Source: the human T2T-CHM13v2.0 reference genome, Homo sapiens. Taken from it: a stretch of 64,000 nt of DNA. Position 1 is the stretch's first letter, and each line of letters starts with the position of its first letter. This document shows positions 46,200 to 61,240 of this stretch, one piece after another. The notes below the pieces were generated by a model. The model ran no database searches, was not told the origin of the DNA, and saw only the letters and a program-made list of their open reading frames with translations. The position numbers and the translations under genes are program-made. The stretch lies in assembly GCF_009914755.1 (NCBI RefSeq), contig NC_060931.1, one strand, 5' to 3'.

Positions 46200-46859
46200 C
46201 TATGTTATACTTGTTGCTGTATCTCCCCAAAGCCTACCACAGTGTTTTGTTTATAATGGGCAACACAATAAATGTTAAATAAACGAATGAAAAACATTAT
46301 CTCTCTTTGCTACATCTACTTTCTCATAAATACTACAATATGACTTCTACTTCATCATACCACTGAAAGTGTTCTGGATAAAGCTACAAATGACTGCTTT
46401 ATCAGTAAATCAGAGGATTCTGCTTGATTTCTTGGTGACAACTGACTTTTGACCATTACTCCTGTCCCTTACAGTTTCCTAGTTTTCTTGTATATGCAAC
46501 TTTATATGAACTGTTACATGCACTTAAGCTTACATCATGAGTTATTTTCCCAAGTTACTATCCTTCAAAAGTGTGATTTTCAATAACTCTATAAAAATAC
46601 ATGATGCTATTGATTGACTGCCATTTTAGACATTTAGGTTATATCCTGTGATCCCTATTATCTCATTTGTTCTCTGCCACAGGTGTCTGGAATGAGGCCA
46701 GCCTTCCTTTTCTTTGGTAACTATCCTTGGGACTTCCTCTCCCATCAAGCCTTGATTTGGAATGAGACTGTCTCTGAGCTCCCTTCTTGCTGTCCCCAAA
46801 AACAAATTCATATGGTTCCCCTTCATCTGAATTTTTACTGCTAATCACTATAGGAAAAC

Positions 46860-48330
46860 ATGCAATATTTATTTAGCACATACTAAGTTTAAAGCACTGT
46901 GCTAGGTTTGAGGATAAGGCAGTGATAGACATAAACACAGTCTGCTTTGAGCTTAGGAGCTTGTATTCTAGAAAGAAAGATGAACTCTAATTACTCAATT
47001 ATTTAAGTAAAACTTGTTACATATAATGAAGAACAAAATGGGAACTTCCAAATCGTGTGTGTGTGTGGTATGGGGGGGTGATCATGGTGGTTGTGGTATT
47101 TGTGAGAAGGCGTCTTTAAGGAGCAGACATTTAAACTGAAATCTAAAGGTTATGTAGCAGTTAGCTAGGTGAAGGAGAAAAGAAGCTGGAAAATGCTGTA
47201 TATACAAGCATGGGAAGCAGAATGGTGAATATAAAAAATGGAAAAAAGTGGTTAAAGTGCAGATACCGAGGAAAGAAGGTGTATGTGCTAGATGGGGCTA
47301 GGCACAGGTAGGGGCCAGATCATTTGGGCCTTGTTAGTTATTTAAAAGATTCTGTTATTTATCCCAAGAGCTATGGGAAACTACTGAATATTTTTAATGA
47401 GCAGGGTGACATTAAATTTTTATAAAATCATTCTGGCTACAGCATGGATAATAAATTATAAGAGGATAAGAGCAGACAGAAGATCAATTAGACTGTTAGA
47501 GAAGAGATGATGGTGGCTTGATCTAGAGTGGTAAAAGTATCATGATAACAAGTGAATGAAATTGAGACAAATAAGAGGGGCTTTGTAAGCTCAATAGGAC
47601 TAATGGTTAAATATTAGGAGTGGGGGAGAGAGAGATGTCAAGAAGGACTCAAATTTCAGGCCTGGGTAACACAGCAGACTGCAGTGCTTATCACTGAAAT
47701 AAGAAACACTGGAGGAAAGCCAGATATTTCACTTTTTGTTGGTGGGTTGAAGCAGAGGTTAGAATTCCTAAGTTCAGTTTTGGAAATGTATTAATATAGC
47801 TGGGAAACAGCAATAAAGGTCAAGAATATTATAAAAAATAGGTCTGGTCTTTAAAAACAGGGGCATTATTAATACACAGATGATTGTTGAAGTCACAGGT
47901 GTGGCTCAAGTTGCCTAGGGAAAAAAATGTAATATGAGAAAAGAGCCTAGGGCCAAGCCTAAAGGAACAGTTATATTTAAAGGTCAGATGGTAAAGATAG
48001 CCTTTGTTAGTAAAAACAACCAAAGAATAAAGAGGAAAACCAGAATACTGTGGAATCATGTCTAAGAGAAGAGAGTTTTAAGAAAGAGTAGCCAACAGTG
48101 TCAGGTGCCACTGAGAGGACAAACAGCCGAGACTAACAAAGGTTCTGGGAAAGTGGAGGAGATGGAATTCAGAGCATAGGTAGAAGAATCTACCTTAGGA
48201 AGAGGAACCCCATCCTGCTGAAAAAGGAAAGAAAGAGAAGATGGACACTAACACAGGTAGCTCAATTCTCAGTTGATGGCTTCAACCTTGTTCTGTGAAA
48301 CAGAGTGAAGACTGAACAGAATGAACTCAG
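46860..48330 (-). mobile_element. L2 fragment(s)
   Basis: atttatttagcacatactaag...ctgtgctagg...gatgatggtggcttgatctag...aagttcagttttggaaatgt resembles antisense L2. Confidence 0.7.
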
Positions 48331-48374
48331 GCGTTAGAATGTGGGGTTTAAACAGAGTCAAGAATTTAGGTGGA

Positions 48375-48678
<304 letters not shown>

Positions 48679-49701
48679 TTAGGTGGAAAAGAAGTCTGGA
48701 TACCAGGTGCCCTATTATCTCAATACATGAGGTGGAATGGCTGAAGAGACAAAAATCAGTCTTAAGGAGAATAGGGAAATAGAGCCAGATTGCATGAGTC
48801 TCAAGGAAGTCCACATTTTTATAAGAAGTTGGGGGCAGTAACAGTCTGGAAGTGGCAACAAGAAGGATGGCACCGAAATGACCTCCAACCCTGAGGGATT
48901 AGGGTTTGAGAAAATACATAGCTACAACTAGAGGTAAGTCCAGGGGAAGCAGCATCCCAAAGAAGGAATCAGGTTTTAGCTAAGGCAATGAGGAAGACTA
49001 TTAGGAGAATAATAATTCCTAAGGCACATGGGAGGGAGGGAAAGAATGAAAGGTAAAGTCAGCAGAAAAGAAGTACAAAACACAGGGATGAGAGAATGGA
49101 AGAGGGCAGGTGTGGGGAGGAGCGGGTGCTTATTCTATGGATATTGCCCATGGGAAGTAGGGAACAGTAAAGAAAACAAAAGAAAGTTACAGAGCCCCCA
49201 AGTTCTATGTCAAGATTCCAGGTCTAAAGTTCTTGCTTCCTTCTGAGGTGGTAAATGAAAGTGCATGTCTCTGGATGTGTCTAACATCCATCACTGTGAT
49301 GCTCTGCACTAAGTAACGTCAAATTAAGTCAGATTCAATGGAGATTCACTATATTAGGAACCCACAAACTTCTGTTTTGCACATGATTATACTGGGGCAC
49401 AACCTAACATATTCAGAGTAATAAAATCCCTGAAATGAACAGGCTTCACTCCAAATTTATGCCTTGGATAGAGGCTCTTAGATATAAAGTTCCAATATAA
49501 TTGCTTTTTTAAAGGAAGTAATTGCTTTGTGATTATACTTAACACACTAAAAAATAAGTTTCTGCTCAATTTTCTCTGCGTAAAAGTTTTCCTGGTTTTA
49601 TTAAAATGAAACACTAAAACCCTTGAATTCATGTTTTACAGCCTATATGCCACAAAAATGTGGTAAATACCTGCATCATATTATCACAGAACTTAAAAAC
49701 A

Positions 49702-49827
49702 TTTTTTATAGAGACGGGGGTCTCACTACGTTGCCCAGGCTCATCTTGAATTTCTGGCCTCAAGCAATCCTCCCACCTCAGCCACCCAAACTGTTGGGAT
49801 TACAGGTCTGAGCCACTGCACCTGGCC
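49702..49827 (-). mobile_element. FLAM-like Alu monomer
   Basis: Single antisense left monomer. Confidence 0.88.
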
Positions 49828-50099
49828 ATTCATTCAATAATTTATTATTTATTTATTTTTCAGAGCATTTTGAATTCAGAAGAGACTTCAGGGAGAAGCT
49901 GCCAACCTATGGACTTCAGAACCTCAAGAAGCTGTAAAATTAATCATCAGAGGAGATTTGCAAATCTATACTGATATCAAGCACTGTTTTAGGCTGAACA
50001 AAATAATGTCTCATGCCTAAATACTGTTAATTTTGAAATATATGTAAATACTTTCATGACTAATTTTTAAAGGGTGCTAAAATGGAATCTTCATATTGA

Positions 50100-50875
50100 A
50101 AAAGATTAGGAACACACTGTCTATGGATTGCCCTGTTCACTCTGCCAGTCTACACACTCATCACCTCTTCCATTACAGTCCTGACAGATTGTTATCCAGC
50201 TGCAACCGTATGATGAAGTCACTTATTCATATAAATGGTTTGAACATTTTCCATAACACTAAGAACACCTCTTTGTAAGGAAACTTGTATTTTTAGACAG
50301 CTTTCATTTTGACAAATGTACTTTCTTCCCCAGAACTTCTAACATTCTAGAATTACTCAGAATTAGCTTCATTCATTTTGCACGACAGCCCCTGAAACAC
50401 TTAAGACAGTTCACATGTCCTTCCTAAGGCTTTTCTCTCACACTCTGTCCTTCAGTCAGGGATGTGACACAATTCCTCATTCTACCACTCTCCTCGTGCC
50501 CCTTCAGTATGTATCCATTTGTCTCTCTGAAAACTCTAAACACAGCACAGCACACTAGATTTGATCTGCCTGTGACAACGCACAGTAGAATGATTATGTC
50601 CCCTGACCTAGACACTATATTTCTATCAGTGTTACCTAAGTCAGGATTTTTAAAGCCTTGTAGTCAGCTAAAAAATTTAGGACTTAAGCCAGCTCTCTCC
50701 CATCTTATTTCAATACAAGAGAGTTTTCTGTAGCCAACTGTCCATTAAATCTTACCTTGCCACTATGGGATCATTTATTCCAGCCTATTAAGGTTTTTCA
50801 GAATCTTGATTTTTGTCCTCTAACATATTAGCTATTTCTCCCAGTTTTACATCATTTGTAAATTTGAGAAGGTTC
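50100..50875 (-). mobile_element. L3/CR1 fragment
   Basis: cccctgaaacacttaagacag...cacagcacagcacactagatttgatctg...ctcccagttttacatcatttgtaaatttg resembles antisense CR1. Confidence 0.6.
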
Positions 50876-51015
50876 ATTCTATCGTACAGCTTATTCATTC
50901 TTGGCACTTAAATAGATGATTTTTTCATGTTTAAATGTCATGACTAATGACATCACATTTGGAAAACACTAATTTTTATATTTAGTATATCATTACATAA
51001 TTCAAGACATTTTAC

Positions 51016-51128
51016 CTTGCAATAGCTCTGATGAAGTCTAGAGACACTGTGCATTTGTATTTTGGTCCATCAAGCTGATCGTCATGGCCAACCAGGGTTA
51101 ACAGCTGAAGGGTCACTAGAGAGGTAAT
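51016..51128 (-). CDS. ORC5: ORC5 penultimate coding exon (exon 13 in the usual 14-exon model), 113 nt
   Basis: The minus strand reads ttctcttttag|ATTACC...GCAAG|gtaaaa (canonical AG/GT). It translates to [37 protein letters not shown] + AG, which I recognise as the ORC5 C-terminal winged-helix region. It ends in phase 2, matching the next exon. Confidence 0.97.
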
Positions 51129-51331
51129 CTAAAAGAGAACATTTTTATAAGAAACTGTTTTAATAAGATTATGTAATACTTTTGTTTCTGAAACATCTTA
51201 TAGTCTGATAAAGATACATAACTGAATCACAAAAAACGTCTGCAAAGAAAATGACTACTTTGCAATCTGTAAATACAAATTTGTACATATGTTTTCCAGT
51301 CTAACAACCAAGACTAGTTGTCAGAGTCCTA

Positions 51332-52425
51332 GTTTTGTTTTTTTTTTTTTTCTTAGAGATATGGTCTCGTTCTGTTACCCAGGCTAGAGTGGCATGGCTT
51401 GATCACAGTTCACTGGAGTTTCAAATTCTTGGGCTCAAGTGGTCCTCTCAACTCAGTCTTCCCAAGTGGCTGGGACTACAGGCACATTTTTTAAATGTGC
51501 CTACAAAAAAAAAAAAACAATTTTTTATTGTTTTGTAGAGACAGGGTCTCACTGTGTTGTCCAGGCTGGTCCTGAACTCCTCGCTTTGTGATTCTCCTGC
51601 CTTGGCCTCCCAAAGGGTCGGTGATACAGGAGGGGGGCAGGGAAGTGCTGGGCAGAGAAGGCCATGGTCCCTGGCTAGTGCTCCACTCCAAGTCTGAGCC
51701 CACAGACCTAGGTAAGGGCTGGCATTTCAGTTTTTGTGCCTAAATATTACATTTTCCAAGACCACCCTGGCTACCATGCCCCCATCCTGTGCCTATAAAA
51801 ACCCCGAGACCCTAGCAGGTAGAGATACAAGTGGCTGGACGTTAAGAGGAATACACTGGCAGAAGAACAAGCAAGCGGCTGGACATCGAGAGCAACATAC
51901 CGGCAGACACCAGCAGATGCCAGCAGGCCACCTACGGTGGGACAACACAGAGTTTGGCCAAGAGCGGCTAGACTTCAGGGGAAAACCACCTTCCCACTCC
52001 ATCCTCCTTCGGGCTCCCCAACCATCTGCTGAGAGCTACTTCCACTATTCAATAAAACCTTGCACTCATTTTCCAAGCCCACATTTGATCGGATTTTTCG
52101 GTACAGCAAGGCAAGAACTAAGGATACAGAAAGCCCTCTCTCCTTCCAATAAGGCAGAGGGTCTAATTGAGCTAACACAAGCCACCTATAGATGGCAAAA
52201 CTAAAAGAGCACACTGTAACACGCCCACTGCGGCTTCAGGAGCTGTAAGCATTCATCCCTAGATGCGGCCGTGAGATTGGAGCCCCACAACCTGCCCGTC
52301 TGCATGCTCCCATTAGAGGTTTGAGCAGCGGGACACTGAAGAAGCAAGCCACTACCCCTGGAAGGGGGACAAGGGAACTTTTCCTGTTTCACTGGGATTA
52401 CTGGTGTGAGTCACTGCACTCAGCC
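51332..52425 (-). mobile_element. AluJ-like element split by an LTR (Alu parts 51332-51621 and 52392-52425)
   Basis: Alu text gcctcccaaag...|...ctgggattactggtgtgagtcactgcactcagcc resumes exactly after the LTR. Confidence 0.92.
51622..52391 (+). mobile_element. LTR1-family ERV1 solo LTR (770 bp), antisense to ORC5
   Basis: tgatacaggaggggggcagggaagtgctggg...cttttcctgtttca; TG...CA; TATAAAA at 51794-51800; AATAAA at 52051-52056. Confidence 0.88.
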
Positions 52426-52727
52426 CAACCAAGATTCCTAGCTCAACAACTGATTCAAACAATCAGTCCCTAAGAATTCCACTAGAGACAGCTTTGTTTC
52501 ATTACTCAGACACATGACCGCTAAACCTTTAAAAGCTGCAAATAAAGCACATTCCTCCTCTAAAAATTTTACAGAATATCTATCTAAATAACTCAGAATA
52601 TAAAATCTATACTCCTTTGGGTATAAAACAATAATATGGATTTAGGTCTTTTTAAGAGTTAGGTAGCTGGTTAGATGAGAGATAAGAAATACATCCTTCA
52701 GACCTGGGCTTAGTCTTGGTTTAAAAC

Positions 52728-53044
52728 TTTCTTTCCTTCTTTTCTTTCTTTTTTTTTTTCTGAGGCAGGGTCTCACTCCATTATCCATGCTGGATTGCAG
52801 TGGCGCAATCATGGCTCACTGCAGCCTCAACCTCCCCAGACTCAGGTGATCCTCCCACAGCAGCCTCCTGAGTAGCTGGTACTATAGGCACATGCCACCA
52901 CACCCAGCTAATTTTTTGTATTTTTTGTAGACATGGGGTTTTGCCATGTTGTCCAGGCTGCTCTTGAGCTCCTGGGCTCAAGTGATGCACCTGCCTAGCC
53001 TCCCAAAGTGTTGGGATTAGAGGCGTGAGCCCCCGCACCCAACC
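52728..53044 (-). mobile_element. AluJ-like, full length
   Basis: Antisense Alu dimer; flanking tttaaaactt repeated. Confidence 0.94.
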
Positions 53045-53939
53045 ATTGCTTTAAAACTTATTGCTGATCGTGTACTCAGGAAAACACCAGAAGGATTATT
53101 AGTAAAAGCAAAAGTGTATTTTGATAGGTCAAAATCAAAGTACAAAATCACTTAACATTCATATGGCCAACTAAAATATTAAGTTCTCTGAAATCTAAGA
53201 AAGGAAGCTGATCCAAGAGCTGAAATTCTTTGAGCGCCCATTGTCTTCTCCTAATTTCTTATTTTTGTCTCCCATAAGCCAGCAGGAAAAAGAGTCAGCA
53301 ATGGCAGTAAGATAAAATTTGGAGACTTAGTTACCTGTAACTGCTCAGTGGCAATATGAATAAGAGTTTTAAGTTAAACTATCTGTAATACCTAATCATG
53401 TGTCTTAGGAATTAAAATGCTCACTTAATTTGAGACTAATACTTTACAAATGCTAAGTAAACATCCCATGAATAATAAAAACACTAACAGCAGTAGTAAT
53501 TTGCTTGGTATTAAGTACTCTATACACATTATCTCATGTTATTCCTCATTACCTTCATGTCCACAAGGTGGACATTATTATACTTTTTTTTATAGATAAG
53601 CCTTAGAGATCTTAAGTAACTTTCTCCATATTCCAGATCTACTGGCTTAGCAAGAATTCAAGAAACCATGATCATCTTACTATATTACATTTCCCATTAC
53701 CATTTTAAAGGGAAAATTATCATGCAGTATTTAGTCGATTACTTTACTAACAAATTAAAGGGTGAACAGATAATAAATATCTCATATAGAGTATCTTATG
53801 TAGAGAAAATCCTATATTCAGTAAATAAGAAATATTTCAACTAGAAAAGCAATTTATATTAATACATCAAAATACAAAGCTCTGCATTCAAAAGGCTAAG
53901 ACTTTAATTTCTAATTCAGTATCAATAATTAGGTTACAC

Positions 53940-54660
53940 CTTGAAATATCTTTTATAAATATTGTGCGTTGAAAAGAATATGTATTTTGCAAATGTTATG
54001 TTCTTTGTTACATGTCTATTGCTTTGTTACATATATGTCTATTACACAAGACACATATGTAACAAAGACATTATTTGTATTGTTAAATCTTATATACACC
54101 ATTTTTAAAATCTGCCTGATCAAAACTGAGAGAGGTATTAAAATTCTTTTGTTATCATAGAATCTTTCTGCTTTGTAGTTTTTAAGCTATGTTACTAGGT
54201 AACATACATACAGATTTAAAATTACGTTTTGTTGACAAACCTTTTCATTATAATAACCCTTTTATTCTCCAGTAATGTCTTAGCTTACAGTGTATTTTTT
54301 TCTAATCTTAATATAGCTATATTAGCATTCCTTTATGTGCTCTGCCTTTTTCTGTTACTTTTCATGATTCTACTTTCAAGGTTGATGTTTTCTCAATTTA
54401 AAACAGTTCTCATGTAAATAACATATAGTGGGATTTTGTTTTTATAATCAGTCTGACAACTTTTACCTTTCATTAGGACCATAGACTCCATTTGTTTTTA
54501 ATATATCTAATGATTTTCTAAAATTTTTCTTTCTACTGTTATATTGACCTATTTGTCCCTCCTTTCCTTTTTCTCATTCCTTTCTTACCTTTTGTTGTAA
54601 TTATATTTTCTTATCTCTTTTTACTTTCACTACCTTGTAAGTAGTTCTATAGTCCTTTTA
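53940..54660 (-). mobile_element. Ancient L1M fragment
   Basis: T-rich antisense L1-like text (gttgaaaagaatatgtatttt..., actgagagaggtattaaaattc..., cagtctgacaac). Confidence 0.6.
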
Positions 54661-55831
54661 ATTCGAATGTCCATTTTGATTTCTTTTTCGGCTCTCTTGC
54701 TATTTTGGAAGTCCTCCTTTATTTCCAACTTACAGAGTTTTTCCAGTTTTTTGTTTTGTTTCTGGGGGATCACAGAATGTGATCTGCATACTAGCAATCC
54801 TCTGAAATTTGTTGAGGCAGCTAGGTTCTCTGGGAGGAAAGAAGGGTGCATGGGAACCTGGGTGTCACTGTGACAGAGTGAAAATGACCATGGTGGCCAC
54901 CCTGCCTGTTCTGCCCACCAGGCCCCTTCTTGCTTTATTCCAAGAATGTCTCCAGCTGATGACAACAGAGCACAAAGCATGCCCACCATGTGGGATGACT
55001 TACCCCAGGCAAATGAGGTAGGGTGCAACAAGAGTTTTTTTCTCTTACTTATTAAGGTATCTACATAATATCCTACATTTTGCCTTTTAGCCTGCAAAGT
55101 CTAAAATATTTACTATGTATCCCTTTACTGAAAAGGTTTGCTGACCTCTGCATTAGAAGATTGCTAGATTCAAATTGTTAATTTAACCAACATTAAAACT
55201 AAGATGTTTAGTAACTTGATCAAAGTGGTAATGCCCAGATGGTGCCAGAAACTCACCTGACTAGGAATTAAATCTCCTAACTCCAACTCCAAAACTTTTA
55301 AAAAACATGCATAAGCTGTGATCACAGCTAAGAAAGTGCAGATCTAACAGATGTATTATACTCCGGCCTGAAAAGAGTGTGTGCTAAAAGAATTAGGATG
55401 ATCTGCAAAATAGTCATAAAGGGAGCATTCAACAGAATAAACCCAGCAGTATGCCTCTAGCACTAAGATACAGGACTCTTTGCCCATTAACTTAGAAATC
55501 TGGTATATGCTACAAATTTGTATTCACCGTAGAGGTGGAGCTGCCTGGCTGTCACTTAAGGTATTAAGATCATCCAATTACCTCATTCCCACTCTCACCA
55601 CTGGGCCCATTCAGATTCCACACTTAATCTTCTGATTTCAGAAGAGAGAGAACATAGTTTAAGAGAAAAAAACATTTAAAGTTAGTAAGATCTATCTTTT
55701 GCCACTTGCTAGCAGTAGACTTCAGACTGGTCAGTTCAACAATGTGGACCTCAATTTTCAAAACCAAAAATCATCATAATAATCTTTCAGCCACACAGGG
55801 ATGTTCTAAATATTTATAACTATAAATGAGC

Positions 55832-56995
55832 ACCAAAAAGCTGTTAGAACTAATAAATGCTTTCAGTAAAGTTGCAGAATACAAAAATCAACAAACATGT
55901 CTATACACTTACAATGAACTATCAAAAAACGAAATTTAAAAAAATCTAACTTACAACAGCATCAAAAAGAATAAAACATGTAAGAATAAATTTAATCAAG
56001 AAGGTGAATTATTTATACACTAACAACTATAAAACACTGATGAAAGAAATTCAAGACGACACAAATAAGTGAAAAGATACCTGTGTTCAAGGACTGGAAG
56101 AATTATGATTTTTAAAATGTCCATACTACCCAATGCAATCTACAGATTCAATGCAATCCCCATCAAAATTCCAATGGCATTTTTCACAGCTAGAGGTATC
56201 ACAATTCCTTATTTCAAAGTATATTATTAATACAAAACTACAGTAATCAAAACAGTATGGTAATGGCATAAAAACAGACACACAGATCCACAGAACAGAA
56301 AGTCCAGAAATAAAACCACACATATAAGGTCAACTAATCTTTGACAAGGGTACCAAAAATACACAATGGGAAAAGGATAGTCTCTTCAATAAATGGTACT
56401 GGAAATATTGGATATCCACATGCACAAAAAATAAAACTGAACTCTCATCTTACACCATACACAAAAATTAATTCAAATGGACTAACGACTTAAATGTAAG
56501 ACATGAAACAATAAAATTCCTAAAAGTAAACGTAGGGAAAAAAACTCCCTGATATTAGTTTTGGCAATGATTTTTTTGGATAGGCTGCCAAAAGCACAGG
56601 AAACAAAAGCAAAAATAAACAAATGAGACTACATCAAACTCAACAGCTTCTTCACAGCAAAGGAAACAACCAATAAAATGACAAGGCAATCTACAGAATG
56701 GGAGAAAAAAAATCAGGTAAATCAAATGGCATAAACAAGATAATAGAAACAAAATTATATTAACAATTGTATTAAAAGTAAATGAAATGCTTCAAATAAA
56801 ATAAAAAGACTGAAAAAATCAAACTGCATTTTGTTTAAAAGAGATACATATAAAATGGAAGCACATGTGAAAGTTAAAGGTCAAAGACAAAATTGAGATA
56901 TGTCACACAAATTCTAATAAAACGAACAATGATGAAAATATGTTAAACATCAGACAAAACAGACATGAAATGAGGTTTAAAGAAAGGTTCACTTA
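55832..56995 (+). mobile_element. Old L1M ORF2 fragments
   Basis: ctgttagaactaataaatgctttcagtaaagttgcagaatacaaaaatcaac...gggaaaaggatagtctcttcaataaatggt... Confidence 0.88.
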
Positions 56996-58054
56996 ATAAT
57001 GATAAAATGCAGGCCCTGAGCTCGTATCTCTTAAAAGATTAATTGTTTGACACCTTTACTATGAAAAGAAGAGACACAGAAAGGATGGACAGCCAAGGGA
57101 TCCAGGAGTCTTCGTGGGAGAGTAAGTACTGCTAAAACCCAAGACAAGACAAATTCAATAGCCTTCCCAGTGTGGAAACAGGTAGAAATCTATAATGACA
57201 GTAGGCCTGAAATTTTAATGAATGGGAAGATATGTAGTGAAGAGTGAACATAGTCTTTTATTGCTAAGTATATTAACTTCAACCCTTTCTATTTTTCTGT
57301 AAGGGATTCGTTTGCTAAAATAGGTTAGTAATAGCTATTTGAAAAATCATGCATTGAACTCTATTATTAAAGGCAGTTCCCCTTAGTACTTTTTTTTTAA
57401 TACAGAAGAAAACATTAATTACCCTGTACTTTGCCACTGACATTTCCTTATAATATTTCTCATAACTGATACTTTCCTGTTAATTCGAACACTCACATAT
57501 TTAGATTCTTTAATCGAAATTGTATGCTAAATTACTTTTTCCACAATTTTTTCATAGAAAAACACAAAATCTGTCTTTAATATAGTTAAGTTAGGGTCTC
57601 AAGAATATTTTCAGATGCCTTACAGTTTTTTACTTTTAGCACATTAGTTGTAACAAATGTCCAAAGGCAGAAAGTTGGAACAAACAAGCCCTTGAAGTCA
57701 CTTTCAGTTCTACCAAGATTCCCCGGCTAAATTAATCATGTAAATTGTGCAAAGAATATAATATCACTTCAGCTGAAGATGCAGCAGCTAAAAGGAACTT
57801 CCAAAATATTAATAAGATGATTGATCAATTTTTTTAGGGGTAGGGATGATTTAGGAAAAGCTAATACATTAAAAGAACTAAACCTAAAAAAAGCAATTAA
57901 ATTAGAATGTGATTTTTCACATTAAAAAAACTCATTTCAGTCATTTGTTGACTTTATCATGTGAAAATCACTGAAAAACTCAACATAAAAATATTCATAT
58001 ATATAAATTGTACACAAATATACAAATAATAGATATTCAGAAGAATATCTATTA

Positions 58055-58457
<403 letters not shown>

Positions 58458-58707
58458 TCAAGCACAAAGATTAATTAGTGGAGTCAACATTTTGAATCTC
58501 AAACGTATTAGTTTATTAACTTACTAAATGAAAACTACTGGAAAAATACATATAAAACTTTAAAAATTATTTCTATATATGCATAAATAGCAGAATATCC
58601 ACCTTCCTTTCTATTATCCAATCCTTAAATTGGCTAATTTTTATTTCCAACTATATATCCATGAAACTCTTGAGGACTTACTCTAGGTACTGTGCATTTA
58701 AAAATGA

Positions 58708-59006
<299 letters not shown>

Positions 59007-59869
59007 TGAACAGGATCATAAAAAATACTTATTTACTTCCTTGCTCCACTTTAAATGTTCATGACAATATGAACTCAGATCTCCAGGCTAGTATTAATAC
59101 CTATGTAGTCTGATATGGTCAGTGTGGATCTGACAAAAAGTCTCTAGACAATGAGTACTCAGATTCATCGTGGTGTCTCAGTTTCACATGCATGCATGTA
59201 TATGCATAAATAAGGGAGAGGTGGGGCCGAGCCTTTCCCATCTAACTGCCTGAGACCTTTACTATACAGGAAAAAGACACAGAACAGGATGGGCAACCAA
59301 GGGATACAGGGGTCTTTGGGGGACAGTAAATATTGCTGAAAACCAAGATAAGACAAATAGCCTTCTTAGTTTGGAAACTTGTAGAAATCCATAATGAGAG
59401 TAGGCCTGAAATTTTAATGAATGGGAAGATACACAGAAAAGAGTTAACATAGTCTTCTATGGCTAAGTATATTAACTTCGACCCTTCTTATTCAGTGACA
59501 CATCTGTGACTTAGAGAAAAGAGATATACAACAGTCATTCCTGTTGTTAGGTCCCCAAATGCAGGGGGAGATTTACACAAAGTCTGTAGTTCCAGCATGG
59601 AATAATAAATTGAAATATTTTGCAGTAAATAAATTAATGACTTAGAAGGATTTAATCTCTGTTGGAAAAAAAAGCTCTCTAAATAATAATGGTAAAACAT
59701 TCTGTAATCTTTTTTTAGCACTAATTTACAGAAGGCTTCTCATTCAATTGAGCTTTGAATTACCAAGGAACACATTTCAGGAACAAACACTAACAAAGAG
59801 CCTAGACAGAGGGTTAGAAAAAAAAGATAAATACAGAAGAACTTCCCACCCAGACAGGATGCATAGATT

Positions 59870-61240
59870 CATATTTGTTATTCTTCCCTGCTAAGTACAA
59901 CTATAAATCCTGGAAATAATATAAGAGGCGACCAAAAGAGGACTCTGAAAGGTAGAAAGAGGTAGGTGGGCTGCTTAGGGACCCTAGGGCTACAGAAACA
60001 ATATAGAGGGTGCGAGTCTTAGAATTCCCCACCCAAGAGCGAAAGGTGAACCAAGCCCAGCACTTTCCAATCCACAACTGAGCGGCAAAAGGCTACCCAG
60101 GTAGGCTCATTCCTCCCCTGGATTAAAGAAGAATCCTGACGAAAGATCTGGCAATTCTATATCTAGCAAAACTATCCTTCATGAATAAAGTGGAAATAAA
60201 GACATGCTCGAACAAGGTAAAACGGAAGAATCTGTCACTAGCAGATGACCTTCAAAGAAGAGCAAAAGGAAGTTCTTCAAACAAAAGGAAATAATAAAAG
60301 TGAAAGAACGAACAGTGGAAAGAGGAGATTTGTGGATAAATACAAGAGAATATATCCTCATGAGTTTTCTAAATCACATTTGATTAAACATTTTAACACC
60401 TTCTGATACTCAAGACAGTATCTGAAAAAGTGAGAAAGTAAAAGGAATGGCAGTATGGTTTCCACACTTCACTTGAAGTGGTAAAACATATACGCCTTAT
60501 AAAACTAAGCAGGCAATTACCGTATTACCCTGCAATTGCACTTATGCATTTATTCCAGAGAACTGCATGTTCACATAAAAACTAGTACATGAATGTTCCT
60601 AACAGCTTTAATTGTAGTAGCCAAAAAACGGGAAAGAACCCAGATGTCCTTCAACAGGTGAATGGTTAAACAAACTGTGGTATATGTATACCACAGAATA
60701 CTCCTCAGTAATTAAAATGAATGAACTATTAATACATGCAAAAATTTGGATGAATCTGAGGAATTATCCTGACTCAAAGAAGTTAATTCCCAAGTGTTAT
60801 ATACTATATGATTATGCTTAAACAAATTCTTGAAATGACAAAATTCTAGAGGTAGCAATTACCAGTTAACAGGAATTGGGGAAGGGGAGGAAGAGAGGAA
60901 GGTATGGTCATCAGTGAGTATCACGGAGAATCCTTGTGATAATGGAACCGGTCTTGACTGTGGTGGTGAATTAACAAAACTATGCACAGGATAAAATTTC
61001 ATATAACCAAATATATATAGACATACACAAAAGAATACAAATAGAAGTAGGGAAATCTGAATGAGATCAGTAGATTGCATTAATGTCAGTTTCCTGGTTG
61101 TGATATTTTACTATAGCTTTGCCAGATGTTATACCACTGTGGGGAACCAGTAAAGGACACACAGGAAGAGAGAATACACATTATGTTTTACAACTGTGTG
61201 TGAATCTATAATTACCTCAAAAAAGCTTAATTAAAAAATA
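59870..61240 (+). mobile_element. Old L1M (L1MC-like) fragments including the 3' end
   Basis: aaaactatccttcatgaataaagtggaaataaagac..., cccagatgtccttcaacaggtgaatgg..., tgtgaatctataattacctcaaaa. Confidence 0.8.

Noticed and set aside
51734-52392. 156-aa and shorter ORFs near the ORC5 exon
   Set aside because: They lie entirely within the LTR1 solo LTR and show no gag/pol/env similarity.
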